Source of the DNA: Strigamia acuminata
Lineage: Eukaryota
Direction of reading: 5' to 3'
NCBI GenBank assembly: GCA_949358305.1
Contig: OX442314.1
Span: 18,228,001 to 18,292,000 of the forward strand
Length of the DNA stretch: 64,000 nt
A model generated the notes under the pieces. That model saw only the letters and a list, made by a program, of their open reading frames with translations. It was not told the DNA's origin and searched no databases. Each line of letters starts with the position of its first letter. The first letter of the stretch is position 1. Made by a program: the position numbers and the translations under genes. Positions 23,118 through 36,592 of the stretch are shown here, one piece after another.

Positions 23118-23961
23118 TACACTTTCAATAGATCTCTTAATCAAAACGGGCAATAAATTTGGTATTTAGATCAACTGGGTTACCAAAAATAAACAAGAGA
23201 GTTATGATTTCTGCTTGTGACGAGATCGGTAAGGAACTATAAATTCATAGCTTTTTATGGGTGGTTATGGGTTATCTGAATGAAGTTCAGTTTGATAGCA
23301 TTTGTTATCTTAATAAATATATCAAATTATGATGAAATTATAGGTGTGAATTTGATGAAATGATTTATTTATTTAACTTTGCAGTGTTCAGGAGATAGAT
23401 ACACGTTATTGTTCACCAAAAAAAACAAAAAGAAAGATAAATATAAATTTGATTAGTTTTTAATAAGGGGTATCATAAATAACACGCTGAAGGTGCTGAA
23501 GTGATTGTTCCAATAATCACAATCACTGCATTATTGAACCTTCGTTAAGTTGGCCCCCCAAGTATAAGTCCAATCAAAAAAAATTATTGGACTAGATAGC
23601 CCTTTCAATGGACAACATTGGACATCTCTTTACTTTGATTGGAGTCGCTTCCTTCTTATCACTTTTTTGACTTTTAACTGGATGCCAGTCCCCCAAAATC
23701 AATGGACCAGCAAAATTAATCATTGGACTTTATGCAGAATTCAATGGACATCATTGGACAGTTCTTTATTTTTAATGTACCTACACAAGATCCTCAAGAT
23801 CCATCATTTATCTTGATCAACACCTTCAGCATATCATTTTTGAAACCTCTTAATTTAAGTTTAATGTATAGTACATTGCAAACAGATATTCATTTTTGCA
23901 TTTGTTGCAGTATTTAGAAAAAATAAATAACTGAATAAATTATTGATGATTTCAGTAGTAA

Positions 23962-24185
23962 CTAGACTTCATTTCTTAAGTTTAGTCCTGCGCGGTCTGA
24001 CAATTTGCTGAGTGATCTGGACTGCGATCTAACAATAAATCTGAAATCGGATTGCGGACGTGGATGCATCCTGCTGGCAGGTCTTGACCTGGATATGGGT
24101 CTACTGTGATTGCCGTGCGCTTTGTCTTCGGCCAGTCTTACTCGACATCCATTAAATTCGGTGTTATCCAATTTTGTCTCATTAT
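23962..24185 (-). pseudogene. Degenerate fragment resembling an SR splicing factor (SRSF4/5/6, B52-like): RRM2 end plus RS region
   Basis: KLDNTEFNGCRVRLAEDK resembles the KLD.TELNGR.I.L.ED end of RRM2 and is followed by decayed RS repeats (SRPISRSRPASR...RSQSRS). Recognised from memory, not by search. Confidence 0.6.
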
Positions 24186-24300
24186 AGCAGGGCACAAACA
24201 CTTATCACGAGGAATGATAAAAAATTAGACTTTTTTTATTTGTGAAAATGTAAATGCTGACTTGATATTAATAAGTAAATAATTTAAACACAGAACGAAA

Positions 24301-27300
24301 TCACCAAAGTGTGCATCGTTCATCCATTCTGTTCATCGTTCCCTTCTTCTTGCATGAAAATGCTTTGGCGAATTCGTCAAAATTTGATAATACTCCTTGC
24401 ACTCTGAAATGAACAATGCAAAGACAAAGAAATTAAGTTAAAACAATCACATGTTTAAAATCGAAATAAACCTAACGTAAGTATTTTGCTTGCAGCATTG
24501 ACTATTGGATGAAAGTCAACACTGTGTATGTAAGTTATATGTACAGTACATGTATGTGTATATACCTGTATCTAACTGGACTGTGTGCATCATCTGTTTG
24601 ACTACCGCTTAAAATCCAATCTTCAACTGTGGTGTTTTCGCACCAGATCTAAAAATCAAGATTTATAAACTATAAATTGTGCTAAATAATTTTGCTTTTA
24701 CATAGGCATATGATATGAAGAAAATTTGTTCAGGTGTGTAGTCAGCAAGTCCAGGTAATCGCTTTTCTATGTTGTGCATCTTTGTCCAAGTTCTGTAGGC
24801 ATCAAATGCAGCGTGAATTCCTACATTGTCAGCGACGTTTTCACCAACAGTTAATAAACCATCCACCTTAAAGATTAAAATGGTAACAATGTATTACTTA
24901 TTAAAAAAAAGTACAATTGATGTTGAAAATTATTTTGTAAACTGGCAGGGGTTTAGAGTAGCGTCTATGACTTACGCATGTGTTTGTGCTGCTTCCACTT
25001 ATGTTTTGAAAACAATAGTCATTATATTGGTCTACATAGCATTGTGTTTTCTTGTCATAAATCTTTTTGCTGTTTTCTGACCATAATGACCACAATTGGC
25101 CGTTTTCATCAAATTGATTTCCTATAATAAACTACTAATTCATTCTGCAAACAATTTGATAAAGAACAGATTTCCATCTTACCAACATTGTCAAACGCAT
25201 GTCCTATTTCGTGTCCAATTACACTGCCTACCCCTCCGAAATTCATTGCACTGAAATATTGAAAAAAAATTACGGTTCTAAAGTAGTACCGGTAAATAAT
25301 TCTTACGTTAATCGGTTATCTTGGTAAAAAGGAGTTTGAATGATCCCAATAGGAAAAACTACATGTAGTTAGTTAGAGGTTATGCGTATATTTCGTATAG
25401 CCAATTTTTAAATGTGATAAACGTACTTATCGAATTGCTGATTGGAGAATAGAAGGCGTTTACTTTGACAATGCCGAGGTCATCTGTCCACGATTTTGTA
25501 GAATTTTGACCAAACTTTGCTAAATCTCTTTTTGTGTTTGCTTCAATAACAGAAGCTAAGTTTGAAATATGATTCTCACCAACGACAACCTACAATACAC
25601 AGGTCAAATACTATTTACAAATTATTCATGAAGTTATACTAACATCGCGGTAATAATCATCTAATTTCGTATCATTTTTAATCCATTTTGGAAATCCCAC
25701 AAGTTCGGTCATTCCATCTAACTATTGGAGATTTTAAGTTTAAGTTTACTGTAATATACAATGTACAAACTTTAAAAGAAAGCTTAAGATTTACCTTTTT
25801 TATAGCATTGCGCTTGGTGCTTTCATCTAACCATTTACTTCTCGAAATAATTTCTTTAAAGGACTCTCGTATAAGTTGAATAAATTTTTTTCCCTGTGAA
25901 ATAAAGTTATAAGATTTGAAATTTATATTTACTAACATGTAAGTTTTATAACTGATTCTAATATGGAGTCTTTTGTGTGTGTGTCAGTATAAAGTCTACC
26001 TATTACAAATGGGAAAAATGCAGAGATTGTTGGAACACAGATTTGAGTGTCTCTGAAATGATATAAACCGGTGGTGGTTAAGAAATATGCTATTTTTAAG
26101 TCGAAACGTTAGTTTTTATACCTATTGTCTTCAATAAAATCTGAAATATTGGGTGCAAAAAGATGTTCTAGTATGGGGTCAATCAAAGCATCCCAAACAG
26201 CGAAATTAGCGATGGTCCTAGAGAAAGAAAGAATAAAGAAAATATTTACGGGATGATTAATTTTCTTGAATTTCAAGTGCATTACCTGGTATGGTAATTG
26301 CCAAAAATATTTGGAAGTTTTTCAAAGAAATTTTTGCCTCCAATAATTATAATTTCATTTTCATTTAACTTAGTTGGTAAAATTCCATCGAATACAGTAT
26401 TCAAATAGTCCAACCACCTGAATTTCTGGGAAAATAGCTTGGTTAATGTAAAAAAAAGAATAATTACTCCGTATATAAATTGGTGTAGATGTTACATTGT
26501 GAGTCAATTTTGTTAATTCGGCGATGCTCATTTTGTTCATTTCTAATGTGATATTGGTTCGGTCTTTGGCATTTGAGGTTATCTAATGTCGAAAAATTAA
26601 AGATGAAAAAATTGAATTAGATATGGTATGCCCATTACCAATTGCGAAAATGTTGCTTACCGACTCTAATTGCTTCTTAAGGCCAATCATGCGCTTAATC
26701 TCGCTTTTGACTTTTTCAAAATCATAGTTGACGAGTAAACTTACTAGATTATCAATTTTGTACTTGAACTGCCGATCATCTTCCACCGCTTTTTTCTTCT
26801 TTTGTCGTTTAATTCCTTCTTTAGGTTCAGGTTGAGACACCTATATTTGAATAGAGGTTAGTTATTTGCTTGAATAGTTTAATTCAGCGTTTCTCAAACT
26901 CTTTCGCTCTAGGGGCGACCCCATTTTCCCATTCAAATGTATTGTACAAGTTCGAATAATGTACAGGGTGGACCAAAAGTAACGAACTGGTCTGAAGTCT
27001 TAATAACTTTTTTAAAAATATTTTTTTATAAATTTTTCTATTTTGTAAAGAAAACTTAGGAGATAAATCATGGTAAAATTCACGACCAAACATCGAACAC
27101 AAATTGGAAATTTTACTATCAAAAGCGAGGATCAATTCTGAACTAACGTTTGAGACTGTTGGATGTTGGGTCAGGATTATTGATTCTTGGGTTTTGTTCA
27201 CAAAATTTTACAATTTGTGTTCTTTGCAGAAAAAAAAGTTTGAGAACCGCTTGTGTAATTCATGCTGAAAGCTCTTAACAAAAATTCTTTGAAATCGCCA

Positions 27301-28675
27301 ATCGTTGAAGTCATTGACCACGCCGACGCTGAAAAGCTTGTTTGGAAACAGTCCATTTTTGGCCAGTTTCCCGAGGAGACGTTCCAATGTCGTTGGCATT
27401 TTTGATACTCCACTGTTCATTATTTCTTCCGCTTCTAAATCTCCACTTGCAAAGTCATCAGTTTTATTGCTGGTATTGCTCGGATTTTGAATTCCATGGT
27501 CGATAGTATGCTCGCTTTTATTTGCATAATCTTGTTCGGGTTCTTCTGTGGTGTGCCAAGGCCAACCAGAAGCAAAGCGTTGCAATAATTCTTTTAAAGG
27601 CTCAATTTCCTGTTCTTGAATTTTAGCTAGATTTTGTTTTAGGTGGAATTGAATTATTATTATTACTTTTGAAAAGAAAAATTATGTTCGTATATTTTGT
27701 GCAAAAAATGTTATTTTACATGTACACTCACTTGTATTTATACATTCTTGATAGAATTTCTTGACTTTAATAATAGATGAAGTCTCATTTTCCACAGGAG
27801 GCTCGATTAACAAATCTGTTTATTTTAAAGAATTTTTTTTAATTGGTATTTATATTAATTATTTTCTGTGTGCTTTTATCTTGCCTCTTAATTTAGTTTG
27901 CAGTTCATTCGTCAACAGTACAAACACATCAGGAGTAGCATCGTTTTCTTTGCCACACACGAAAGAGAAAAAATCCTTACATGGATCTTCTTTACGATGC
28001 AGGCTCTTGATTAAACTAGTAGCTATTAGAGGAACATTAATCGTTCGAATGTTCAGTCTTTTTTTGCTTGATGGAAATGCACAATTGAATTAATTGTTTA
28101 CCTGACAGTGTGCATTCTCGGGTGGAGCATATTGGTGTCTCACTGTGGCATTTAGTGGATTTGAAACCTTAAAGGAGGAATAGTTTAAGTTTTCTTGGAA
28201 TTGTGCGTATAAAATCGATCGAAGTATTAGTCGATAAATTACTTACTAGTACATAAAACAAAAATTTAAAAATAGAAAATGAAATAAAGAAATATTGGGA
28301 CTAAAACAAGATGTGTAAACAAATAGAAACAAATTTGGAATGGAATGTGAACATACTTTGTATCAGAATGATTATTATCAAGGTTATTATTAAAATTGAA
28401 GATGCAACTAAAAGTTTGGTCAAATGTTTGGTCTTTACCGCACGAACTTTGGCGGCTTTTGGTCTGTAAACAATTTGGTTGGCAAATTAATCGTATTTTC
28501 AGCTGTGGTTTGAAATAAGATTTATTAGCAATTTCGCTCTTTACCTTGGAATTCGTTGCGTATCTTCAAATGAGATTGGCAATGGTAAAGCCCTAATGAC
28601 AGTAGGCAGGTGATGACAATTGATGGGTAACTAGAGTAGCTTTTATACTTACGGATCCACAGTGTTTTTAGCCAT
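24301..28675 (-). CDS. M13 family metallopeptidase, gene C
   Basis: MAKNTVDP..., TM exon, [45 protein letters not shown]. Confidence 0.92.
26885..27252. mobile_element. hAT (Charlie-like) MITE in a gene C intron
   Basis: TIRs cagcgtttctcaaact / agtttgagaaccgctt, 8-bp flanks gtttaatt and gtgtaatt (7/8). The homologous intron of gene D is short. Confidence 0.82.
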
Positions 28676-29567
28676 AATTGGGAGTCAGAGACGTACACGT
28701 GAGAAAAACACTTTTCGTGTTGGTCAGTTCACGGAAAGTAGGTGAGGTGATCAATTCTAAGGTTGTCACAGTTACCATCACCATAACACAAAAGAGAAGC
28801 AGTGTTTGGGGTGGCTTAGTCAATTAAGTTTTAGAAAGTGAAATATCAACAAATATAATTTACATATTTTTTATTGGTTGAGTTTTTTTTTTTTTTTACA
28901 TGAACAAAGCGTCACATTTATTAATGAGACAAATTTATTTTCAGATTGAATGGATGATAAATCTATAGAATTATTTTTGATTTATGCGAGCACAGTTTGT
29001 TGTTTGTTTCGTTGATTTGGTAGATACAGAAAAAAACGTAGAAAATAATTAGCTTTTCCATGTTTGATTTATTTGTTCTAGAACAATTGCGAAAACAAAT
29101 CGAAATAAACTATTTACGACTTGAATGGTTCATTTGGGAATAACTAATTACTGGAAAGTCATTAACACACAATTAATTTCCCCCCAAATTATATTAGTGC
29201 TGGCTGGTGCCATTGGAGATTTAGTTTGTCTTAAAGGGAAGGCTTATGGGTGTGTGTGATTCCAGAAATTGAATTGTCCTTTCTCCTTTGAGTTAATTGA
29301 CAATAATTCCTGAAAATTCAACTGAATTGTTTTTTTTTTCACATGGATAACATTGAAAGATGACGAGTTTTATTTGGTTTTCTTCTTCCGTTCGGGTCAG
29401 TCAATGACGTATGATGTTTGTCCGTGAGTGGCGTATACTGTCAGTTCGTTATTTAAAGTTTGGGACATGTTTTGTTTGTCAACGTTATTAGTGAGACTTA
29501 ATTTTTGTGTAAATTATTAGTAAATAATTTAATCACATGGTTAATTGTTTACAAATTTAAGAACACA

Positions 29568-32500
29568 TCACCAAAGTGTACATCGTTCATCCATTCGATT
29601 CATCGCTCCCTTTTCGCATTTAAACGCTTTGGCAAATTCTTCAAAATTTGATAAAGCTCCTTGTACTCTGAAATAAAGAAGAGAAATTAGGTTTTGATAC
29701 ATCAATATACATTTTTACTCTTGAATTTTTAATTAACCCTGATCAAAACACTATCTGCATTCGAAAAGTTAGTTTAAAATTGCAGTTTAAATGTTTTGCG
29801 CATGCCAACTGCGACTGAAAGCAGACTGAATGAGCCGCCACGTTTTAAGTTGGATCAATACAGCCTTCAGTCATCCAGTTTAAAAACGCTCTTTAGTTTA
29901 ATGACTTTTCTTATGTGGATACTGAAATAAGAGGTTTACTACTATATTATAAGTTACCTGTATCTTCCCGGACTGTGTGTATCGTGCTTACTTTTCTTCG
30001 ACCAGTCTTCAGCTTTAGTGTTGTCGCACCAGATCTAAATAAACAAAAAATGAATTACAAATTTGGCTCGGAAATTAATTTTAATTATTTATTATTTACA
30101 TAGGCGAATGACATGAAGAAGATTTGCTCCGGTGTGAAGTCTGTTAGTCCAGGTAATCGTTTTTCTCTCTCGTGCATTTTGATCCAGGCATTGTACGCAT
30201 TAAATGCAGCTTGCATGCCTATGTTGTCAGGTGCGTTTTCGCCAACAGTAACTAAACCATCCACCTTATAAAGAAATTAATTAAATTGAATTGAATTAAA
30301 GAAGAAATTCTCCTATCAACGTGTCTCTAACGACCCAATTAAGCTTTCTTGAAACTTGGGAGTTAATTTAATTCGGATTTTAATTTTACCATTTGCAGAA
30401 CATTTGATTTTAATTTATCGTACGTTCCGTGAGATTTGAGCTGACCATGTGTTACATCATTAAAGAATAGAGGTACGTTTTTTCTTTTAATCAGGGTATT
30501 CCCAACAGGGGAGTTTATTACTTACGCATGTGTCGTTACTGCCTCCTGGTGTGCCTTGAAAGCAATAGTCATTGTATTGGTCCACATAACATTGTGTTTT
30601 CTCGTCATAAATCTTTTTGCTGCCTTCTGACCATAATGACCACAACACTCCGTTTTCATCAAACTGGCTTCCTGTAATAAAATATTAATTTATTCTGAAA
30701 GCAAAATAATAAAAACTGTCCATCCATACCAACATTGTCAAATGCATGTCCAATTTCGTGTCCTATTACACTGCCTACTCCTCCAAAGTTCATTGCACTA
30801 GAATATTGAATATTTGTACACAAACAAATGTGTATTGTACAATGCTGCGAAATTTAATTGTTGCGCGAAGCGAAATCAGAATTGAAAATTTTCAATTCAT
30901 TTGTTGCTTTTCAATTTACGCGAGACACATTGCGCAACTGGATTTGTGCTTTTCGCGTGATTGCGAACAACAATTCGCAGCATTGTTAACTAGTCTTAAG
31001 GAATCTTACGCCAATCGGTTATCTTCGTAAAAAGGAATTTGTAAGATTCCAATAGGAAAAACTATGTATAGGGGTAGATATAAATTATATTTTACTTGAT
31101 ATGACAACTTGAAACTAATTTTATAGTTTGATTAACTTGCTTATTGAATTGCTGCTTGGATCGTAGAAGGCATTCACATTGACGATACCAAATTCATCTA
31201 GCCATCTAAGACAATTCAAGAAAAATTAAATGTTGTTTGTTTTCAAATGGTGTTTTCTTTGTGCTTACAATTTTGTTGAATTTTGACTTAATTTCATTAA
31301 TCCTCTTTTCGCGCTTGACAGTTTAGCTGAAAAAATATTTGAAACATGGTCATCACCAATGACTACCTGCAAAATATTAGTTCAGATTTAAGGGTGAAAT
31401 CCAGGATTTTGACAATACTAACATCTTGGTAGTAATCATCTAATTCTGTATCATTTTTAATCCAACTTGGAAATCCAACTAGCTGGGTCATTTTATCTAA
31501 CTATTGAAAATAATTTAATTGAGAATGAACTTGAATAAATAAATAAATAAATGGTACATGACAAGGAGATGAGATTTACTTTTTTCATAGCATTATCCTT
31601 AGTGGCTTGATCTAACCATTTACTCTTGGATATAATATCTTTGTATGACTCTCGTAGAAGTTGGATGAATTTATTACCCTATAAAATAAAATTTGGAAAA
31701 TATAGAAATATAGGCACATTACTAAGTTTAATTATTACTGATTCTAATACGGAGTCATGTGTGTAAAAGTCAGTAAAAAGTCTTCCTATTGCAAAAGGTA
31801 AAACTTCGGAGAGTGTTGGAACACAGACTAGAAACCACCTGAAAGTATATAAGACAGTTTTTGTGTTTAATAAAGAAAAATAATTCTAAACTATAAAAAT
31901 TTAGATTTCTGTACCTATACGCCTCATTGAACTCTGTAACATTGGGTGCGAAAACATGTTGCAGCAGTGGTTCTATTAAAGCATTCCAAACGGCCAAGTT
32001 AGCTATGGTTCTAAAGTAAATTAAACCAAAGTAAACCAAAAAAAATGGATAAGTGTTAAAAGTATCTTAATATAACAAATATTTACGATACAATAATTAA
32101 TTTACTTGATATTATAATCGAGATAAATCTTTGGAAGTTCCTTGAAGAAGTTTTTGTTCTGAACAATAATAGTTTCATTTTCATTTAATTTAGTTGGTAA
32201 CATTCCATCGATTATAGTATTAAAATACTCTAGCCACTTGAATTTCTAGAAGAAGAAAAATCATTAAATGTAAAAATAAAATTATAATTTTATGATGAGG
32301 GTACATCTTGAGTGAGTTCTGTTAATTCTGCTATGCTCATTTTGTTATTTCGTAACGTGAAGTTGGTTCGTTCTTTGTTAAATGCATTCATCTAATATAG
32401 AAAAAATTTTACAGATATAATAATAACTTATCTGAAAAATACTACGGTATTTACCTTTTCTAGTCGCTCCTTAAGGCTAATAATGCGCAAAATCTCGCCA

Positions 32501-34257
32501 TCAATTTCAGCTGAATTCTCAGAGTTAGTAATTAAAGGTATCAGGTTAGTAAGTTTGGTCGAGAAAAGCTCATCATCCACCGCTTTTTTCCTTTTCCGTC
32601 TATTGATTTCAGCCAGGGGATCATATTGATCGACCTGTAATCGAATAGATGATAGTTAGAGTATCTGCTGAATAATGTAATAATAGTGAAAAGCTCTTAA
32701 CACTCATTCTCTTAATGTGCCAGTCGTTAAAGTCATTGATCACTTCGACGTTGAAAAGTTTGGTCGAAGCCATTCCAACTTGGTCCAATTTACCGAGGAG
32801 TTGCTCCAAAGACGTTGACATTAAAGGAGTTTCACGAGCACTGTTCATTATTCCTTCAACTCGTAAATCTCCACTTCCAAAATCGTCATTTTCTTTATGA
32901 TCGTTGCTCCGATTTTTATTTCCAGGGTCGTCATCGCTAGGCTTTTCATTCATACTATCGTCATTTGTCACTTTCTCTCGCAGCCAAGGCCACCCAGAAG
33001 CAATGGTTTGCAATATTTTTTTTAAAGGTTTAATACCAAGTTTTTGAATTTTGTCTGAAATTGATTTTACAAACGCAATTTTTTAAATTTAAAAAATAAA
33101 AAAATATTTTGATCGATTTTTTAAAATATTTTGATCGATTTTTTTACAACGGTGAAAAATATACTTACTCGCATCCATACATTCTTGATAGAACTTTTTG
33201 GCATTGGTAGTATATGTGGGCTCACTTTTCGAATTAGCTTTTGTTAACAAATCTGTAAGTTTTAGAGATTTTTATTAGTTTTTTTTTTAAATTATTGAAC
33301 ATTTATTTCTCGCACATGTCTTACATTTTATTTTATTCAGCAGTTGTGTATATAAAGTGATAAATACATTGGGGGTAGCATTGTCTTCCTTGCCACACAC
33401 GAAAGAGTAAAAATCCTTACATGGATCTTCACTGCGATGCACGGTCTTGATTAAGGTAACAGCTGACAGAGAGACACAATAAATCTCACGCCCTATCTCC
33501 TGCATGATGGAAATGCACCATGAAATTAATTGCTTACCTGACAGTGTGCATTCTTGGGTGGTGCAAACTGGTTCCTCGATTTGACATTTAGTGCAATTAC
33601 AAACTGATTCCTCGATTTGACATTTAGTGCAATTGCAAACTGATTCCTCGATTTGACATTTAGTGCAATTGCAAACTGATTCCTCGATTTGACGTTTAGT
33701 GGATTTGAGAGCTAAAGGGAGAAATGATTTGAATTTTCTCGGAATTGTTTGCATAAATCGACCGAAAACTTGGTCAATATTTGCATTAAAATGAATTATT
33801 TCGTAATATAACAATGAAAATGGAAAAATAACAATAATAATAATACGAATTATCTTGAATTTATGGTTTTGTAGAGACCCAAAAACAAAAATAAAGACTT
33901 AAATTAAATACTTAGTAAACTGTAAGGGAAATATGAATATACTTTGTGTCAGAAGGATTATTGTCAAAATTAATATTAAGAGTAAAGCTGATGCTAAAAT
34001 TGCTTTCAACACTTTGCTATCTTTCTTGCGAACTTTGGCTGCTTTTGGCCTGAAACAATTTGGGTGATAATTATAAATTACATTATAAAATGTGATTTAA
34101 CAGAAATTCTTATTAGCAAATCTCTTTACCTTTGAGTTTGTTGCGCCGACTCTTCAAATGAGGCTGGCAAAGCTCTAATAAATGCATGCAGTTCTTGAGA
34201 ATTGATGAATGATTAGATCAGCCTTGATACTTACGGGTCCACTGCGTTGTTAGTCAT
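29568..34257 (-). CDS. M13 family metallopeptidase, gene D (sister of C)
   Basis: MTNNAVDP..., TM exon, [45 protein letters not shown]. Confidence 0.92.
30840..30985. mobile_element. Small TIR element in a gene D intron
   Basis: caatgctgcgaa...ttcgcagcattg inverted ends, absent from the equivalent gene C intron. No clear TSD. Confidence 0.6.
33562..33702 (-). repeat. Exonic 36-bp tandem repeat (about 4 units) encoding (QIEESVCNCTKC)n
   Basis: Seen directly in DNA and in the ORF 33287-33814 translation. Confidence 0.95.
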
Positions 34258-35627
34258 AGTTGGGAGTGAGACATGTGAGAAGAATACTTTCCACAGTGGT
34301 CAGCTGATGGAAACTAAATGAAATGATCAATAGAAAGGTCGTCACAGTTACCATCAACACAACACAAGTGACTCTTGCACATTGCATGTGGAAGGCCTAG
34401 ATTGGTCTAAAAAGGTTTTGCGGAGAATAATTGCAACTGTAATTTACTTATTATTATTTTTTACAACATGCAATTTTTATATTTTTGTATATTTTATATT
34501 TTTATATTATAAAGGTTGGATCTATTTATTAATGAGATAAATAATTTTCTTTGATGAATATTTGATAAGAATAATATTAAATCTCAGATTTATTTTAGCG
34601 TTTTGTTGATTCGTGCTTAATGTTTTATTATTTTGATGTAAAGTATTAGTTTGTTTTCACTGAAAAGTCGTTGCACTTTACATTGATCCACAGGTAATGA
34701 TTAATGTATCTAGATTATTGGCTTGAAGGAATGCAATGTTGGTCAAATAATCGAATAATTTAATTAATTATTGATTGAATTAAATGATTATAAGTTTAAA
34801 CTAGAATTTAGTTATTCGGATGGAAATCTTTATTGGAGAAGCTCCGTAAATAAATATAGCCTACTTATTTTTATAAATTACGGAATTTTATTTTATTTCA
34901 ACTAATATCACAAATGGCATTTTTTGACGTCCTAATATTCTGTAATATGAAAATGGAATACTTAATTTTAAATTTAATGCAAATTTATTTGTATTATCCT
35001 GCCCTGAAAATAAGAAAAAACTAAAACAAAAGTTAAAAAAAAAATCAGACATAGGCAATAGCAACAAAATCGAAATTTGTATACATTGTGTGAAATTTAA
35101 CTAAAAGGATGAAGATTGATTGTTTCGGAATGATTTAAAACGTTTTTATTTTTCATTGTGTTTTTACCCACTATCGTTTAGTCTCAAAAGCTATTTGCTT
35201 AAACTAATTATCTAAATGAAATTGGTTTGCAATAAAAGTTCACTGAACTGTTGTAAGCTTATTGTAGGGATAGTGACAGGGACTGTTAATGTCAACTGCT
35301 ATCAACTTGCATGTCTAGATTTTAAGATTTATAGCGGTATGACATTTAAGTGGATGAATGTATGTTTGCACACGTGTCATTAGCCCGGCTTCAAGTTGGG
35401 TGCCATGCAATGTCATTGAAACAATAAGTGTCGTATTGGTTTTTGAAACAAGTGACTGCGTTTTGTAGGCTTAATTTAGTCAACCATTCGTCGATTTGAC
35501 TACCGGTACCTGAAATAAATATGCGAAATATTCCTATATTTTTTATTACAGTCTCCTCTTGGATTTACATGAGTGAAATGTGGGCTTTATTTTTTTAGTT
35601 TTCTTTACAATGTAAATCTTACATGCA

Positions 35628-35700
35628 CCGCATCTTGTTTCATCTTGTTTTATCTTGCCATATCTTGCTGCATTTTGCTGCATCTTGTTGCATCGTGCTC
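35628..35700. repeat. Degenerate 10-bp tandem repeat (catcttgttg-like)
   Basis: About 7 imperfect units between genes D and E. Confidence 0.7.
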
Positions 35701-36592
35701 GATCTGAACACTTACCGTACTAATCTTATGGATTAATCTTATGGATTGAGAACGGGGGAGTTAATCCCCTAAGCCATGGTTTACTTTTAGGCTTATTTTT
35801 GTGAGATGGTTCTATTTGACAATATGTTGGATTTTTACTCTTTTAGATACATTAAATCTAAAAGGTCTTTTTATTGTAGGTTTTATTTATTTAATAGAGG
35901 TTTGTTATTTTTAAGACCTATATTTTTACTAATAGAAGAACAAACACAACTACCGTGGGTTATTTATATTATCGCAGGTTTCAAATTCGATTTCATGAGA
36001 TTTGGTTTGCGAATAATAATAAGATAAGTCTTATTATTTGGTCTGTTGGAATTCGCGCAACTACGTGTGATTAGCGCGCCCTAGTGGCAAAATAACGAAT
36101 CTTACGGTTCCAAACCATCACAATATTAACCAATATTCTTGTATTTTTTAAATTAAAAAAAAATTAGTATTTCATGATGGATCATTGGATCATTTTTTTT
36201 TATCTGACTTGTAAGCCATTAGAACCACTTAAGGAAATTCCATTTATAGGTTTTTGTGTTTGAATGAGATGGAAATTTTTTTTTTTGTTATGAGTTTCGT
36301 TTTCATGTTTTGATACAAAGAGGAACATAGATTTTCAAATGCAACTGTGACACAAATTTATTTTTGGCCGTTAAAATTGATTCTGTTTAGTCTGGGTGTG
36401 AAATTAAGATTACATTAGTTGGATTCAAATAAGGTTTTACAGTGTATTAAGTCTAATTCTGAGCTAATTCATTTCACAATTATGGTTCACAGACCTTTGT
36501 GAAAGCTAACAACTACACAATACAAAATGGTTACTCACTGTTTCTTTTGCCAGTTCAGTTATAACTTACAGTTACATTAGCTTAATCAACGA

